A stretch of 56,920 nt of DNA, the filler included, from Sphacelaria rigidula (taxonomy: Eukaryota): NCBI GenBank assembly GCA_964200075.2. It is 3 parts of 3 records of this genome, joined end to end, with 100 filler letters (N's around TTAATTAATTAA, not from the genome) between each part and the next. Parts side by side here need not be neighbours in the genome. Positions count along the whole stretch, not along the records: positions 1 to 18,910 come from CAXNAA020000766.1; positions 19,011 to 37,918 come from CAXNAA020000767.1; 1 more part is not named here. One strand, written 5' to 3'. The translations under genes were made by a program, and so were the position numbers. Under the pieces are notes generated by a model that did not search any database, was not told where the DNA came from, and worked only from the letters and a program-made list of their open reading frames with translations. Shown piece by piece: positions 11,917 through 23,953 of the stretch. The stretch's first letter is position 1. Every line of letters begins with the position of its first letter.

Positions 11917-14900
11917 ATGGGCTACCACGGGTACTCATTATGGTCATTCCTCTGGGGCGCATGTCTTATTTCCGTTGCTCGCGCGTTCGTGTCGACCCCT
12001 TCGGCCCTCGTAAGGCCTTCACACCAGCAAATACAAAGTCGTCATGTTCTTCAAAAGAGCACAACGTCAGTCTCTCCAGCTGATACTGCCGACCCCGGCT
12101 TGCGATCACCGCGTAATGGCGCGTTGAGAATGGGCTTCGGGGATATATTGAACAAGGCCCTCGCGAACGAGGATATGGGTGACAAGAAGATCAAGAACCC
12201 GGGGCTCAAAGATAACATCAAGTGGTGCATGGTGCGTGATTTCTCATAGTACAGTCAGTATACCCAGTACCTCACTGCATGCAGTCGGAAAAAGTCAGTC
12301 GTCGTAGACCCAGGTTGAGTGTCAGTCGGAGTTGAAGGTGCGGAATGGCGCTGGTTTACCTGTTGCATTGCCTTGAGGCGGACAGAGTTCGTTAGCTCGT
12401 AGCTTGTCTGAAGAAATGGCTGCTGGAAGACACATTTAATGTCCGTTTCTCCTCCTGCCTGTTGGAGCAGGTGTAGAAAGGACGTCGGTGACTGACTTGA
12501 GACTGCAGTACTGGGTTGGGCTATACGGTCTTGCCGCCGTTATCTTTGACTCGACACTGTTCGCGTCCTTTCTGTCCATACACACCTCACGAAGCAAACC
12601 CCAGCAACTCAGTAGCCACTCTTCTGTCACACTCCACGTTCATGTCTTATCCTCTCCTTCCTCTGCGAATTCATTGCTTTATAGCCCTCCTACTGAGAAC
12701 CGAAAAAATGATGTTGAGTGATCGCGGAGAAGCAGTCCGGTGTAAAGTCCCCAGTGCAAGAAGTGATGTACGTCGAAGGACATGCGGTGTACGTGAACCT
12801 CCCTCGTGCATCAAGTATGCGAAGAGTTTGAGTGGCACATGCATATTGGTATGCTGTGCGTTTTGTTACACCTGGCAGGAGTGCGTAGTCATGAAGGTCC
12901 AGGTGTACGCATGTATAACTCGTGCATACACGTAGCTGTTGTGTACAGCGGAGTCGAGACACAGCTCGGTTGACTTGGGACCAAAAGTAACGATCCAGAT
13001 GAAAAATATATACGACCACCTTAACCCTGTTACCGTGAGGGTGAGTCATTGAGCGATGCATTCATTTTTCGAGTGAACCTGATGACTGATTCAACAGACG
13101 ACCTATGCTCGCGGTCGAAGGGTTGGCCGTTTTGAAACCTGAATGTACTAACCGAGGGTGATGACCCGTTGTTGATCGGCATCACCTTCACTTGGAAACG
13201 ACAGAAAATGATGCCGACTCACAAATGTACCCTGCGCGCAGACCAGGTCCTTACCCCTGCTTCGTGGGAGTCTTTTAGGGCATACCCTCCCCTCGGGTAA
13301 GGGTGTGGGAGGCTCACAGAACTCACAGAAACTGTCGGGTAGGGTATGAAGGTTGCACAGAAAACCGTACCCGCGACCGGGTATCTTATCAAAAACATAC
13401 CCGTGCCCCCCGGTAACGGTACGGGAGGCTTGCAGAACTCATATCACTATCGGGTACGGGTATGAAGGTTTTACAGATATTACAGAACTGTCGGGGACGG
13501 TGACTACCCAGCGAAATACCCCGGGTATCTAGAAAATCGTGCCCTACAGAACACGACCTGGAAAGTTTAGTTTCGTACAGATAAAGAGGGGGAAAACCCG
13601 CTTTGTCGCCAGGGTTCCAGCAAAATTGACAAAATTAATATGTACCCCACACAGATGGACGAGGCTAATCCAAAGTGAATTGAACGGAGCGCGGTTATGG
13701 CCGAGCGTTCAAACACGGCACTGGCCCACAATAGATGACCTCTCCACATTGAGACGGGGGACTAAAACGTGGGAAATGTCCTGCTTCACTGCCGTACCGT
13801 AGCAAAAACACTCGAGCCCTCTCTCATGTGTTGGAGCTTCCACTGCCTGTACTAACGTGGTGTGTTCACAAATTGCGAAGACGGTTTGGACTGCATGAGC
13901 TGCGATATTGTCGTTGTGTTCCGTCTCTGCAGAGAACGGTGTTAATCGGCACGCAGTACTGCCTGCACACTGTTGAACACTTGATGGGTGTGTTGGCTGT
14001 TTCGTCTTCCTTACAACGAATAACGCGGTGTGCGTTGCGGGGGCTGTACTGTATTGTGTTCAGTCTACTTGACTGTACTATCTGTGATACTACAAAGCGT
14101 CCCGACGCACTACGAGTTAGACCATACGAACACTAGGTTTCAGAATACTGCCCTGGCAATTCCCAAGCGAAATGGAGCGATCTGATTGGCAGTTACCGAG
14201 CAAATCTGTCCCGCTCCATATGCAGTCTGCCCAAGATTTTTGTCTCATGCGTGCGTAGAGTCATGGTTCAATATAATGTACTCCCCGTCCTAGAACTACT
14301 GGGTAGTAGCGTGGCAGTGCAAGTACTATGATAGTCGGTAGGGTGATCAATTATCTACATTTCTTGAGCCCTTTGAAGTATCGCCACTTGACAGTCCATG
14401 GGTTGTCAGCAGAAGGTAAAGGGTAGTGTGTTGTTCCAGGGTTCCCAGATCGTCCGCGGAAGCTTCGCAGATCAATCAACCATGCTAAATAGAAGAAATC
14501 CACACGTGAGACAGCTCATGAGCTAGCTCATTTGCGGGTTGTCACTCCCTTGCAGTAAAAACGTGTGCATGTGAACCACAGGTTAGTAGCTTACCCAGGA
14601 AAAACATGTGTCGCCCACGGAGCTCTTGCAGCTCACTCAGGGAAAACATATGCTGATGAGCTAGGCTCGATATCTCACCCAAGGTAAGCATGTGTAGCTC
14701 ACGGAGCTCTCATAGCTCACCCGGGGAAAACATGAGCGGATAAGCCGCGCCCGACAGTGCACCCCAGGAACACATGCTCGTAGCTCACTCACGTCATGTA
14801 CCTAGCTCGCTGCTGGCAATCCCGGTGTCGCTTATAATGTTACATTCTTGTCGACCGGACGGCCAACAATTATCATCAGGTTGTGGTGTTCTACCTCGCT

Positions 14901-17729
14901 CTTAGCGGTAGGGAGAAGTGGAGTCGACACATATCCTCATCCGCTCGGTCGAACGGTTCAAAACAAGATTAGTATTCGGTCTCATTAATTATTGACCACT
15001 TAATTTCTCTTGACCGCCTGGCCACGAGGGTACGAGCCCATTCGGGCATGCATATTTTTTCCAAAATTGATGCCGATTCAACATATGAACTATGCTCGCC
15101 GTCAAAGGGTTAACCATTTGACGGCGGGGATAGACGATCCCTTGAATCAGCACAGTGCTTATTCTTTTGATGTGAGTGATGCTTATTCAACAGATCGCCT
15201 ACCCTCGCGGTCAGAGGGATTCGTTTCCTTCTGAAGTGCCGCTAAAGCTGCTACCCCCGGCGGTCGCCATGCAGGGCGGGTTGTGTGTGGATGTCGTGGC
15301 TCCAGTGCGGATGACTGCTGATGCCGTCATTTTGATACTTACAAAAAGCAGCCATCGCCGCACAAAACGGAACTCAGGTATGTGCACACGTCACCGTTTT
15401 CATGTATCTAACGGACTCGAGCATCAAAACGGAAGGAGCTCCAAAATCGGCGTAGCTCTCGTGGCTATTTAGCTCAACCAGGGCAAATATACGTGGCTCA
15501 TATAGCTGCCATAACTCATCTACGACAAACATGCGTAGCTCAGGCAGCTCTCATAGCACACTAGGGAGCTACACTGAAAAAAAGCTATCTCGAGCTACAG
15601 GGAGCTGATATGTCCGAGGTGTGGACAATTCCAATTCGTGCACCAAGGGAGAAGGGTCATTTTGATCGTGCTGATTGGTTCATTTGGTCATTGGGCTCCC
15701 CTACAGAAAGCCTATAGCCCCTCGACCTCGCCCCCTAGCCCTATTTGAATAGTTGGGCGCCGACCACCCAGAAAACACACCAAAAGGAGTGAATTTCGCT
15801 TTTTGAGTAGCAAATGCAGCTTTGACCCGTGTCGTCACGAATCTGCACACTAGGTTCGCACCTGAGAACACACGAGCGTGCATGCAGCAACAGGCACGAC
15901 ATATTTTGCTGTCGGCCGTGGGTCGTACTGTCTGCAGTCAAGAAGCAACGACACTCAGATCGGCCATCTTGTTGTGTATCAGCTGTCGATATAAGTAAGT
16001 GAAGTGTGACGTCTGTACGTTCAGTACAGCTGTAACACACCAGCAGTACAGGACTGTGACTTGACCTACTGTACTGTAGGCGTTCGAACACCGATCAGCA
16101 TGGAGAAGCATGGAGAGTAGTATGTACAACACCTTCCAGCGTGAAAATGCTGTGCACCATACCCTGGACAACAGAAAACACAATCAAAAAGTGTACTGCA
16201 ATATCGACTATTGCGCCTAGTGCATCAGACAATAGATTCCATACTGTATGCAGTATATTTTTTTACAATATAATCCGTTGTCCAGGGTGTGCTGCACACA
16301 CGTGAGGCCACACAGGCAGAAATAAATTGTCGATTGCATCCCCGCAGGAGATGGCTAGATAGCCAGACAAGTAGGGACCTTTACCGTGCACTCGGCTATT
16401 CCTACTTTCGTACAGCGCTTCCGAGTGCGTTCCACCTCGCCGTCATTTGAAACCCAGCCCTGAAGCCAAGTTTTAATTGAAGAGATTCGGTGTACGGGTA
16501 GGCACCTGGGTGGGGGGCACCCCCACCCAGGTAGTCTCGGAATTGAATGTATCCCTCGTCCTCAACTAGGTGTGATACCACCCCACCGACTTGTCGATAG
16601 CATCCCATCGAAGACCGTATGCAAACGACCTCGGTGATTCGAGTCAAAAAGTTGCCAACGCCATGCTGCACATGACCAATAACATGATGACGTTCGGCAA
16701 TGCTGTCTGCTCTCGTGGACCTTCTGACGGGTGTGTCTGCGCACTGTGCAACGTGATCCAGGTAACGGTTAACGGTAAGACGGTGAAGGCCGTGCAGGGG
16801 CAGAGCCTTAGGGAGGTTGTCAGAGCGACTGGCGCCAAGATCGAGTACGGCTGCGAAAAGGTGCGTCGCTGTCATCTTGTATTTTTACGCATAGTTGCCA
16901 CAGTCAAAGTTCCTCACCCTGATTCTCCTACCGTGCAGACATCCCGTATCCGTGTGTTCCCTTCGAAGATACAGACGATATGTGCGAGGCTTCTACAGCA
17001 AAACAGGCGGGCTCACGATAACATGTTTCATGCCTGGACAAAGTTCTCCTCCCTTGCGTTGTGCATGACCCCCGCAATCGTCTCTAATGAACGTGAGGCT
17101 TACCTCCAAAATTGCGCATTTGCTCTTCTCGAGAGACAGGCACTTCCTTTCCCAAACTGGCAGTGCTCTGCGTCCTATGCGAGCACGTTTTGAAACCGTG
17201 TTTCCACGTGGTGGGCGTGTCCTTATTCGTTCCCAGCCATGGCCAAAACACCTGTGTTGCCCCGGCTCGAATACAACTACAACGATACTATTCACGACCC
17301 GACTTCCCCACCCTCACGGCCGCTAGATGTAAAATGCGTTGCAAGTCTTAAAATGGCTGCATGCGAGTCAACTGCATCCGGAGCGCATGCCCGGACCACC
17401 CCGTGCCGAATGTCCTTGGGGAAATTCTGACTTCTCTCATCTACGATACTCATGGGCATTGACCATTCCTGACTGGTGGCACTCTAGATATCTTACTTTA
17501 GTATCCTGGGTGTGACAGACCTGAGCCAGTTCTTCACTTCGTAGACATAAACTCCGCCGTTGGTTCCCATGGCTCACGATACTTCTTTTTTTCCCGCTGC
17601 ATCAAACTCGGGTCACAGGGAAACTGCGGAACGTGCGAATCTATCGTGGACGGGAAAAAACTGCGGGTGTGCAAAGCCATCGTCCCACGGAACAAAGACA
17701 AGCTCTCGGTCAAGACGAAGTTTGGATAG
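11917..17729 (+). CDS. Plastid-targeted 2Fe-2S ferredoxin-like protein, 174 aa, join(11917..12231,16762..16860,17619..17729)
   Basis: Exon 1 has a signal peptide ending ARA-F (ASAFAP-type) and a Ser/Thr/Arg-rich transit peptide. Both introns are phase-0 GTGCGT..CAG. The spliced domain VTVNGKTVKAVQGQSLREVVRATGAKIEYGCEK|GNCGTCESIVDGKKLRVCKAIVP has four Cys (C-X4-C-X2-C-X11-C) and ends in TAG at 17727-17729. Confidence 0.9.
13025..13122. mobile_element. ~100-bp piggyBac-like MITE in ferredoxin intron 1
   Basis: TTAA|CCCTG....cgcggtcgaAGGG. Confidence 0.65.
13283..13530 (+). repeat. Interspersed repeat built of ACAGAACT..CGGGTA.GGGTATG motifs
   Basis: The same motifs recur at 18781-18850 (+), and at 20780-21015 and 21395-21520 (-). 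Confidence 0.65.
14498..15626. mobile_element. Degenerate TIR element with GAGCTC/TAGCTCAC subterminal repeats, interrupted by nested MITEs
   Basis: Ends tccacacgtgagacagctc and gagctgatatgtccgaggtgtgga are roughly inverted. Repeated agctcac..ggaaaacatg units lie at 14510-14790 and 15450-15610. Confidence 0.5.
15014..15218. mobile_element. Two adjacent ~100-bp piggyBac-like MITEs sharing one TTAA
   Basis: Element 15014-15109 ends ..cgccgtcaaAGGG, TTAA at 15110-15113, then CCATTTGACGGCG..cgcggtcagAGGG at 15114-15218. Confidence 0.65.
16151..16298. mobile_element. Small hairpin MITE (TGCAC.C.CCCTGGA TIR family)
   Basis: tgtgcaccataccctggacaac..gttgtccagggtgtgctgcaca. Related ends at 29222-29385, 33020-33090, 36165-36230, 37055-37110 and 40270-40355. 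Confidence 0.6.
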
Positions 17730-18039
17730 ATGGCATGCTGTCCCGCGGGGCATCATGTATATACTGTAGTAACGAGATGATTGATGGATCCTTGAAAGTA
17801 GAACGAATTTTACCGTCCTGTCAAGATATGCTACTGTACATGACGCGTTAGGTTGGTTTATAAGTTGCGAGTCTGGATGTTGTCAAGATGCGGGTGTGGC
17901 CGCTTGGAGTTCGTCTGCTACAGAAAGGCACAAACGGGTGGATGGAGTCCGCGAGAATTAGTGATGTTCTTGGCAGCAACCGGAAAGACACATGCGTCTT
18001 CCGGTGCTTGGTGCGTATCCCTTGCGTTCGGTTGTCCGT

Positions 18040-18240
18040 CATAATGTGTGTATGTGTCGCAATCCCATCTGTCCAGGACGCCAGTCTACACCATTCGATA
18101 TATGTGGATGCATGCGCCGGGGTCACACAGGAGGAAAGGGCAACACAGGCGGGTTTGGTTAGCTTTTTCATGGTCCACCTTCCTTCTGAGGTTCCTGCCT
18201 TCTTTTCTATAGAGGGACGGGTTCCGCGGTTCGTTTCAAT
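18040..18240 (-). mobile_element. 5'-truncated SINE, family A
   Basis: Aligns with 29625-29820 (ggacgcc.gtctacacc..ccgggg.cacacaggagga). Confidence 0.65.
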
Positions 18241-18910
18241 GTACTGAAATCTTATCCCGACAGGGCTCGAGAGCCCTGAGGTTTGTATGCTTTCGTTTTC
18301 CGTAGGTGCGTAGAATTTTGCTTGAGCATTCAGGCTTCGTCGTGAGTTCCAGAAGCTATTTACATTGAGTCTCTCCGGGTCTCACGGGTTGGTCTGGCCG
18401 TTTGAAGACGGGAAAGCGCAGATGGCGGTAACGGAGGAACAGCCTTGACATTATACAATGGCAGTGTTGAGAACAAACGATACTGCCATGAAAATGTCCC
18501 GGCGAAGAAAAACGGGCAGCGCGTGCCACCCGCGTAAAATGCCGCAGAGAAATTGTCTTTGATGAAACCGCCGTCTCAGCCACCGAACAACAGGGAATTT
18601 CTCGGGATCATCCCACCCTAGTCTATCTGGCTGTCGCTATCCGTGGGTCACCGCCTCGTATCAGCGCTTTGGCTTCGCGAACGGAAACGAGTGGAACTGG
18701 CGAGTCATGACGTAGCCACACCCATTGGGACAGAAATGCGAGATGACGTCAATTTCATGGAAAGTTGCAAAGTTGTGCTCTGTAGGGTATGGAATTCCTT
18801 ACAGAACTAACGGAAGTATCGGGTACCGGTATGGAATTCTTACAGAAATTCACGGTTAGGACGAATCATCACGACTAAGAAACACCAAATTCACGATTTC
18901 TTCGGCCTGA

Positions 18911-19010
18911 NNNNNNNNNNNNNNNNNNNNNNNNNNNNNNNNNNNNNNNNNNNNTTAATTAATTAANNNNNNNNNNNNNNNNNNNNNNNNNNNNNNNNNN
19001 NNNNNNNNNN
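18911..19010. other. Assembly gap linker (N44-TTAATTAATTAA-N44)
   Basis: 100-bp spacer containing a six-frame stop cassette; artificial. Confidence 0.98.
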
Positions 19011-20142
19011 GGGGGGGGGGTGAGGGGCGGGGGTGCCGGCCGCAGGGGGCAGGCGACACCCCAGCCCGCCCGGGCGGGCGGGGGGGGGGGGGGGGGGAGG
19101 GGGGCTAGTGTCGCAGCAACTAATCATCGGTCGGTTTCTCCAAAAGCATTTTTTTGAAAAGTGTTAAATCACTCCTGATAAGAACCTGCCGTAGCCTTCT
19201 GAAGTGTGGGCGGAGATGTATCGACTGCTAGATATGGGTCTTGGCTGCCCGCAGTAAGTGAGCTTGTTTTGGTCTATGACGTGTGGAAAGGGACATCGTC
19301 AACCCTGCACCCGGTGTTTGAGCACATTCAAGACGCGGTCGTAACAATCACCCTAAACGATATAAAATGAGCACCGCGGCTTTGGCGCCGCCACACATGG
19401 TTCTTGCCAACGACTCCGAGTTCTCTGGACCTAGTAATACGCTAACGTCGTACGAGTACAGTTCTGGTGTACAGCATGTTGCACGTCAAGCAGAGAACAT
19501 AACGCAATGTTCGAATTTTGTTTCGGAGTTTGAATGTCCATCAACCAGCCTTCTCTTCGTCTTTTGAAGGAAAGCTCTTGCTAGCGAATCCAAGCTCTAT
19601 GGTTCTCGTTCCATGCTCACGGTGTGCAGCTCCGTTGCATGCTGCACGACGTGAGGGAGAGAATATCGCGTCATTATTTGCATTTTTTTTCTCCTTGTAT
19701 TTCGATTCCTACCGATCATCATCCTCGTCTTTGTGTTTTGAAAGCCGGCACGGCACAACACTTTTACAGTCAGTGTTGGGATACGGGCTGTGTACCAATA
19801 TGTCAAGTGAAGTGTGCGTTGACATCCCGGTTTTATACGAGACTGTTCAACTGCAGTTCCATTATTTCAACCTGCGGCACGGATACAGTCCCGTAAAAAC
19901 CTTGTGCAATGGATCATGGCCTGTGAGTCACGTACACATTTTTCCCGCTTCAATAGACCGCGTGGCGCACGAGGTTTCTGTACTTGATACAGTATGTGCA
20001 GAGGGACATCACCAATAACTTGACCTAGGTCTTGCGCTGATTATTTGAAGACAGATCATGCAGACAAACTCTTATTTCAAGACGACCTGGCAATTCTAAT
20101 TCTCTAGCTTCAGACGGTAACGAATGATACGTACTCCGTATA

Positions 20143-20321
20143 CAGTATCGGCCCGCTCATAAGAAACGTTGGAAAGATATCAGGCTCATCAGCTTGAAAA
20201 AAAAAAGCGTTTTGCCTCAGCGACGACCGCTTTACTAACAAGTGCAAACACAACAGGTTTTTGTATAAGAAAATCCGGCTGAGTCTACATTTCAGTTTTT
20301 TACGAGCGGGCCCCTATACTG
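20143..20321. mobile_element. Tc1/mariner-like MITE
   Basis: TA|CAGTAT.GGCCCGCTC.TAA..TTACGAGCGGGCCCCTATACTG|TA. Confidence 0.7.
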
Positions 20322-21029
20322 TATATGCGTTGATAAAATCGGCAGTGCGTACGCACCCGCCAAGCACTTTGAAGACGATAGGACTACGGATCGCATCCGC
20401 TGGGTAGCGTCGAAGGAATCGTGTAATGGCGCTACGGTTTACCATGCGCGCTTCAGTAGAACCCTGGGCACCCTGTTTCAACACACGCACATCCTATCTG
20501 CGCTGATCGTCAAAAAAAGAAGGAAGGGAAAGTTGCGGGTGGAGAGAAACTTCAGCTGGGAAACAGCTGGCAGCAGACAAACATATTGAGATGTTGACTC
20601 TTTAACCTCTAGCCCCCCCCCACCCCTCCCCCCCCCGGGATCGCCCAACATTGCCCATGGCCAAAATTCGCTTCGGATATGTCGTTTTTCATAGGACACA
20701 CCACACCCACTTATCCTTGAGTGTTTGTATGCATGTTAGTAAGGTTTTCTATAGGGCACGATTTTCGTACACCCGGAGTATTTGCCCCAGTAATGCCGGT
20801 ACCCGACAGTTCCATGAGTTTTGTGAGCCTCCCATACCCCTACCCGGGGCACGGGTTCACCCTTGGAAAAATATCCTGGTAGGGGTACAGTTTTCTGTAC
20901 AGAATCAATGCCCGCACACGAAAGATCTGTATGGTACGTAATCCTTTCATACCCTTATCTGCCAGTTCTGTAAGTTCTGTGAAATATATATTCACCCTTA
21001 CCCGGGGTCAGGGTATCATCATTCGAGGC

Positions 21030-21350
21030 AGCCTCAAGTTTTGGTCGTATATTTATGGTTGATACTTTCGAACAAACTAACAATAATGCTAACCCTAACC
21101 CTAGCACCGACCCGAGGCGTACGAGAACCTCGGGCAACGGCGGTGCATAGGTTTGTTTCCCTAGGCGAAGTGTGTGTTGGCAGACCTGAAATCGACGCCG
21201 CAGGCGCCGATTTCCACAAAAACACGTTCTGGACAAGCTGGTTTCACTGCTCACCTGCCCCAAACCATATTTTTTTTGGCGGAGCTTTCTCAATTTTCAA
21301 ATCAAGTAGTCATGTTGTCAACCATAGATATATACGACCAGAGCTTTAGG
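21030..21350 (+). mobile_element. Interspersed element with CCCTAA-like motif, nested in the ACAGAACT repeat
   Basis: Strongly similar to 28337-28640, with a related inverted segment at 42770-42960. Contains taaccctaaccctag. Confidence 0.65.
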
Positions 21351-21980
21351 TGTACGGGAGGACTGTATTATTTCCTTCCTTGTTGAAATGTCCGCTTGAG
21401 GGTACCGGTTTTTGTGCAAGATCTACATACCCTATCCGATGGGTTCTGAAAGTTCCGTAGGACTGTCATACCGGTACCCGATAGTTCTGTGAGTTCCGCG
21501 AGGAATCCCATACCCTACCGAGCGCATCAGAAGCCTACTGGGCGCAACCTTGAAAATTAGAAAGTTGTGTATACGGACTATTGCGGGTGGTATCCACCGT
21601 ATGTGCGAGAGACGTGTGAAGGGGTAGGTATGAGGTCAGTACTGCGCAGAAAGAGCGAAAACTACCGATTTTTTTTTTGTGGGCTGGAATATGTGCTTGG
21701 GTATGGTTGGTGGTCAAACAAGGGGGCTTTGACGGTTCGTAGGGGAACTCAGTTGATCATTCCACCAATCAGGACTGTTGTATCCAAATGATCACCCACC
21801 CCTCTTCAGGCCTGTCGCCTGACGTGGAAATTTCCTGGAAACCCACAGGGCTGATCCGGGAAGCCCGCGCTGACCATCCAGGAATCTATTGTATACGCCC
21901 TCCCGTTAAAAACATTAAAACCCCCGGACTGTCAGCCGGTGAAACTGTTCCGAAATGATGCTGGAGACATAAGAGTTAAA

Positions 21981-22052
21981 CCCTTTGACGGCGAGAGTGC
22001 GTCATCCTTTGAATCGGCATCCAGATGGAGTACCCTTCCGTTATAGGGAGGG
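21981..22052. mobile_element. Short piggyBac-like MITE
   Basis: ttaaa|CCCTTTGACGGCG..gaatcggcatc..AGGG|TTAA. Confidence 0.55.
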
Positions 22053-23647
22053 TTAAACCCATACCTAATTCCCACGGCTCTGAACTAGCTGCTCTGGTCA
22101 GTTCAGCTCAAACCGGTCGCTCGCAGCTGATCGAAGTCGATTAACTGGAAAAAATCGACTGGCGAGCAGCGAACCCGCGAGCCTTAACGCTCCCCCCCCG
22201 GGCTGGTGAGGGGCATTGCCGCCGGAGGCAAGAAAAAGCGCGGTATACGACTTATTTTCCCTTCGAAATCTTCGCCGCCATGGTATCTGCAACCCCCTGC
22301 TGAGAAAAACAACACACATCACTAATTAGGGTGGATTGTACACGTTGTGCAGGTATCGGTCACGAGTTCTGACTTATCGTTGTCCGACCGCAAATGCCCC
22401 GAACGTCGGATAACACCCCTCCCGTTTGCTGAAATCGTTCAGGAAGGGGATACGTTTGTTTAATCCCCGGGAAAAGGGACGGGGGGAGAAGGGGGTCATG
22501 AGGGAGTAGTATCTGGTGCATGCGTTCCAACGATACCCCAAGCGTGTTCGGGGGCATCGCCATTTGTGGGTGAATGCTCATGTAACTAGCGAAAATGGTA
22601 CATAACACCCTCATCGCGTCTGGAGGGGGATGAATGCTTCATCGTCAACACATTATATTGATGTGTCTGTCTGTTTAGATGCATCGTCATTCGTGTGAGA
22701 CAGGCCAACACGGTAGAGACCACCCGGGTGACGGTTGATTTGGGGAGAAGATGCGTACATTTTATCTCCGGATAAGGGAAGTTTTTAAACAGTACTTTAC
22801 TATTTCCACATTAAAAGCACCCCAAAAAAACTTTATTGTCATCCAAACATATCGCTATTCGAAAGGTATAGGCCAAAACGGTGGATACCACCCCTAAGTT
22901 AGTGGCGAATCCCCTTCCCCCCCCCGAGCACGGCTATTGCTAGTCTCTTGCGCCATCATGCACCTCTGGCCAAATCCGACTTCTACCAATATTAATCATA
23001 CACTATTATGCATCATCTGTCAAATTATGGTCTCTTAATTACGTCCCTGATGTATTGAACTCGGATATCTCAGACACATGGTCTGAAGTAGCGTGGAACT
23101 GCCCTGCACTAAAATAGGTGTATAATATAACCGGTGACGGCAAGCTTCGAATCAACGGGACAGCAGGCGCATTCGTCGCCAGTTCCAGTGTAGCTCCAGT
23201 GTCGCTTTTACCGTCAGTGTTTGCTGGTCCAGTTCACAGCCGTAATAATTTCACGGTTCTCGGAAGCGGGCGGCTTCTGTACGTAGGAAAATACGGAGGC
23301 GTTTGAACCGGTACATGGGAAGAAAATCGCCCGACCCAACACTGATAACAAGAGGCAAACAAGAGGCCTTACCAAGTGCTGGCCAGTGCCCACACCCTCG
23401 AATTAGGAACAGCGCACTGTGGGCCGTGCCTGAGGGGGCGGGGTATGTTCAGGTAGCGAACTGTTTGCTTCCTGAACAGGGCGCACCCGTTCAGAGGTGG
23501 GGTACAGTCTACATGCATAAAAAATCATATGCCATAAATAATGGCGATAAATAAATGAGCAATGATTTCATGATTTCTGATCGGACTTTCACAGTTTTTC
23601 CTCACAAGAAATCTGGGCACGTGCCCTCCGCGGAACCACTAATACCC

Positions 23648-23953
23648 TATCTATTTCTTTTCCCTCTCACTTGGAGCCCCTCCCCTTCCTTGGGAAAAGT
23701 CCGTGGTCTCAAGGGATCAACCCATCTCCCCCCCGGTACGTGCCTTTCATTTTGGTCTGGCGGTTTAGCTCAGCACTCCCGCACGGCGTCAACTTACGTC
23801 ACGCAAACCCAGTCGTCTACTTTGTTTCCTCACGTTCTCACGCTTTACACGGTGGAAATCATTTGTTACGAAGAAAAAACTCAACGCATCGGGAATTGAA
23901 ACCCTGTTTTTTCAAGCCTAATGACGACAGTCGGACCATTACACCACCGGGGC
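23648..23953 (-). mobile_element. tRNA-derived SINE, family B
   Basis: Reverse-complement copy of 43436-43750 (head GCCCCGGTGGTGTAATGG, B-box GGTTCAATTCC). Confidence 0.8.

Noticed and set aside
14510..14790. CRISPR-like repeat-spacer pattern
   Set aside because: The units are degenerate and irregular with no unique spacers or cas genes, in eukaryotic intronic context; they are transposon subterminal repeats.
16591..17193. 200-aa ORF as a single-exon gene
   Set aside because: Only 16762-16860 is coding (ferredoxin exon 2); the rest is intron read-through.
19011..19105. G-quadruplex-like G-rich tract
   Set aside because: It sits at a contig edge next to a gap, where homopolymer lengths are unreliable.
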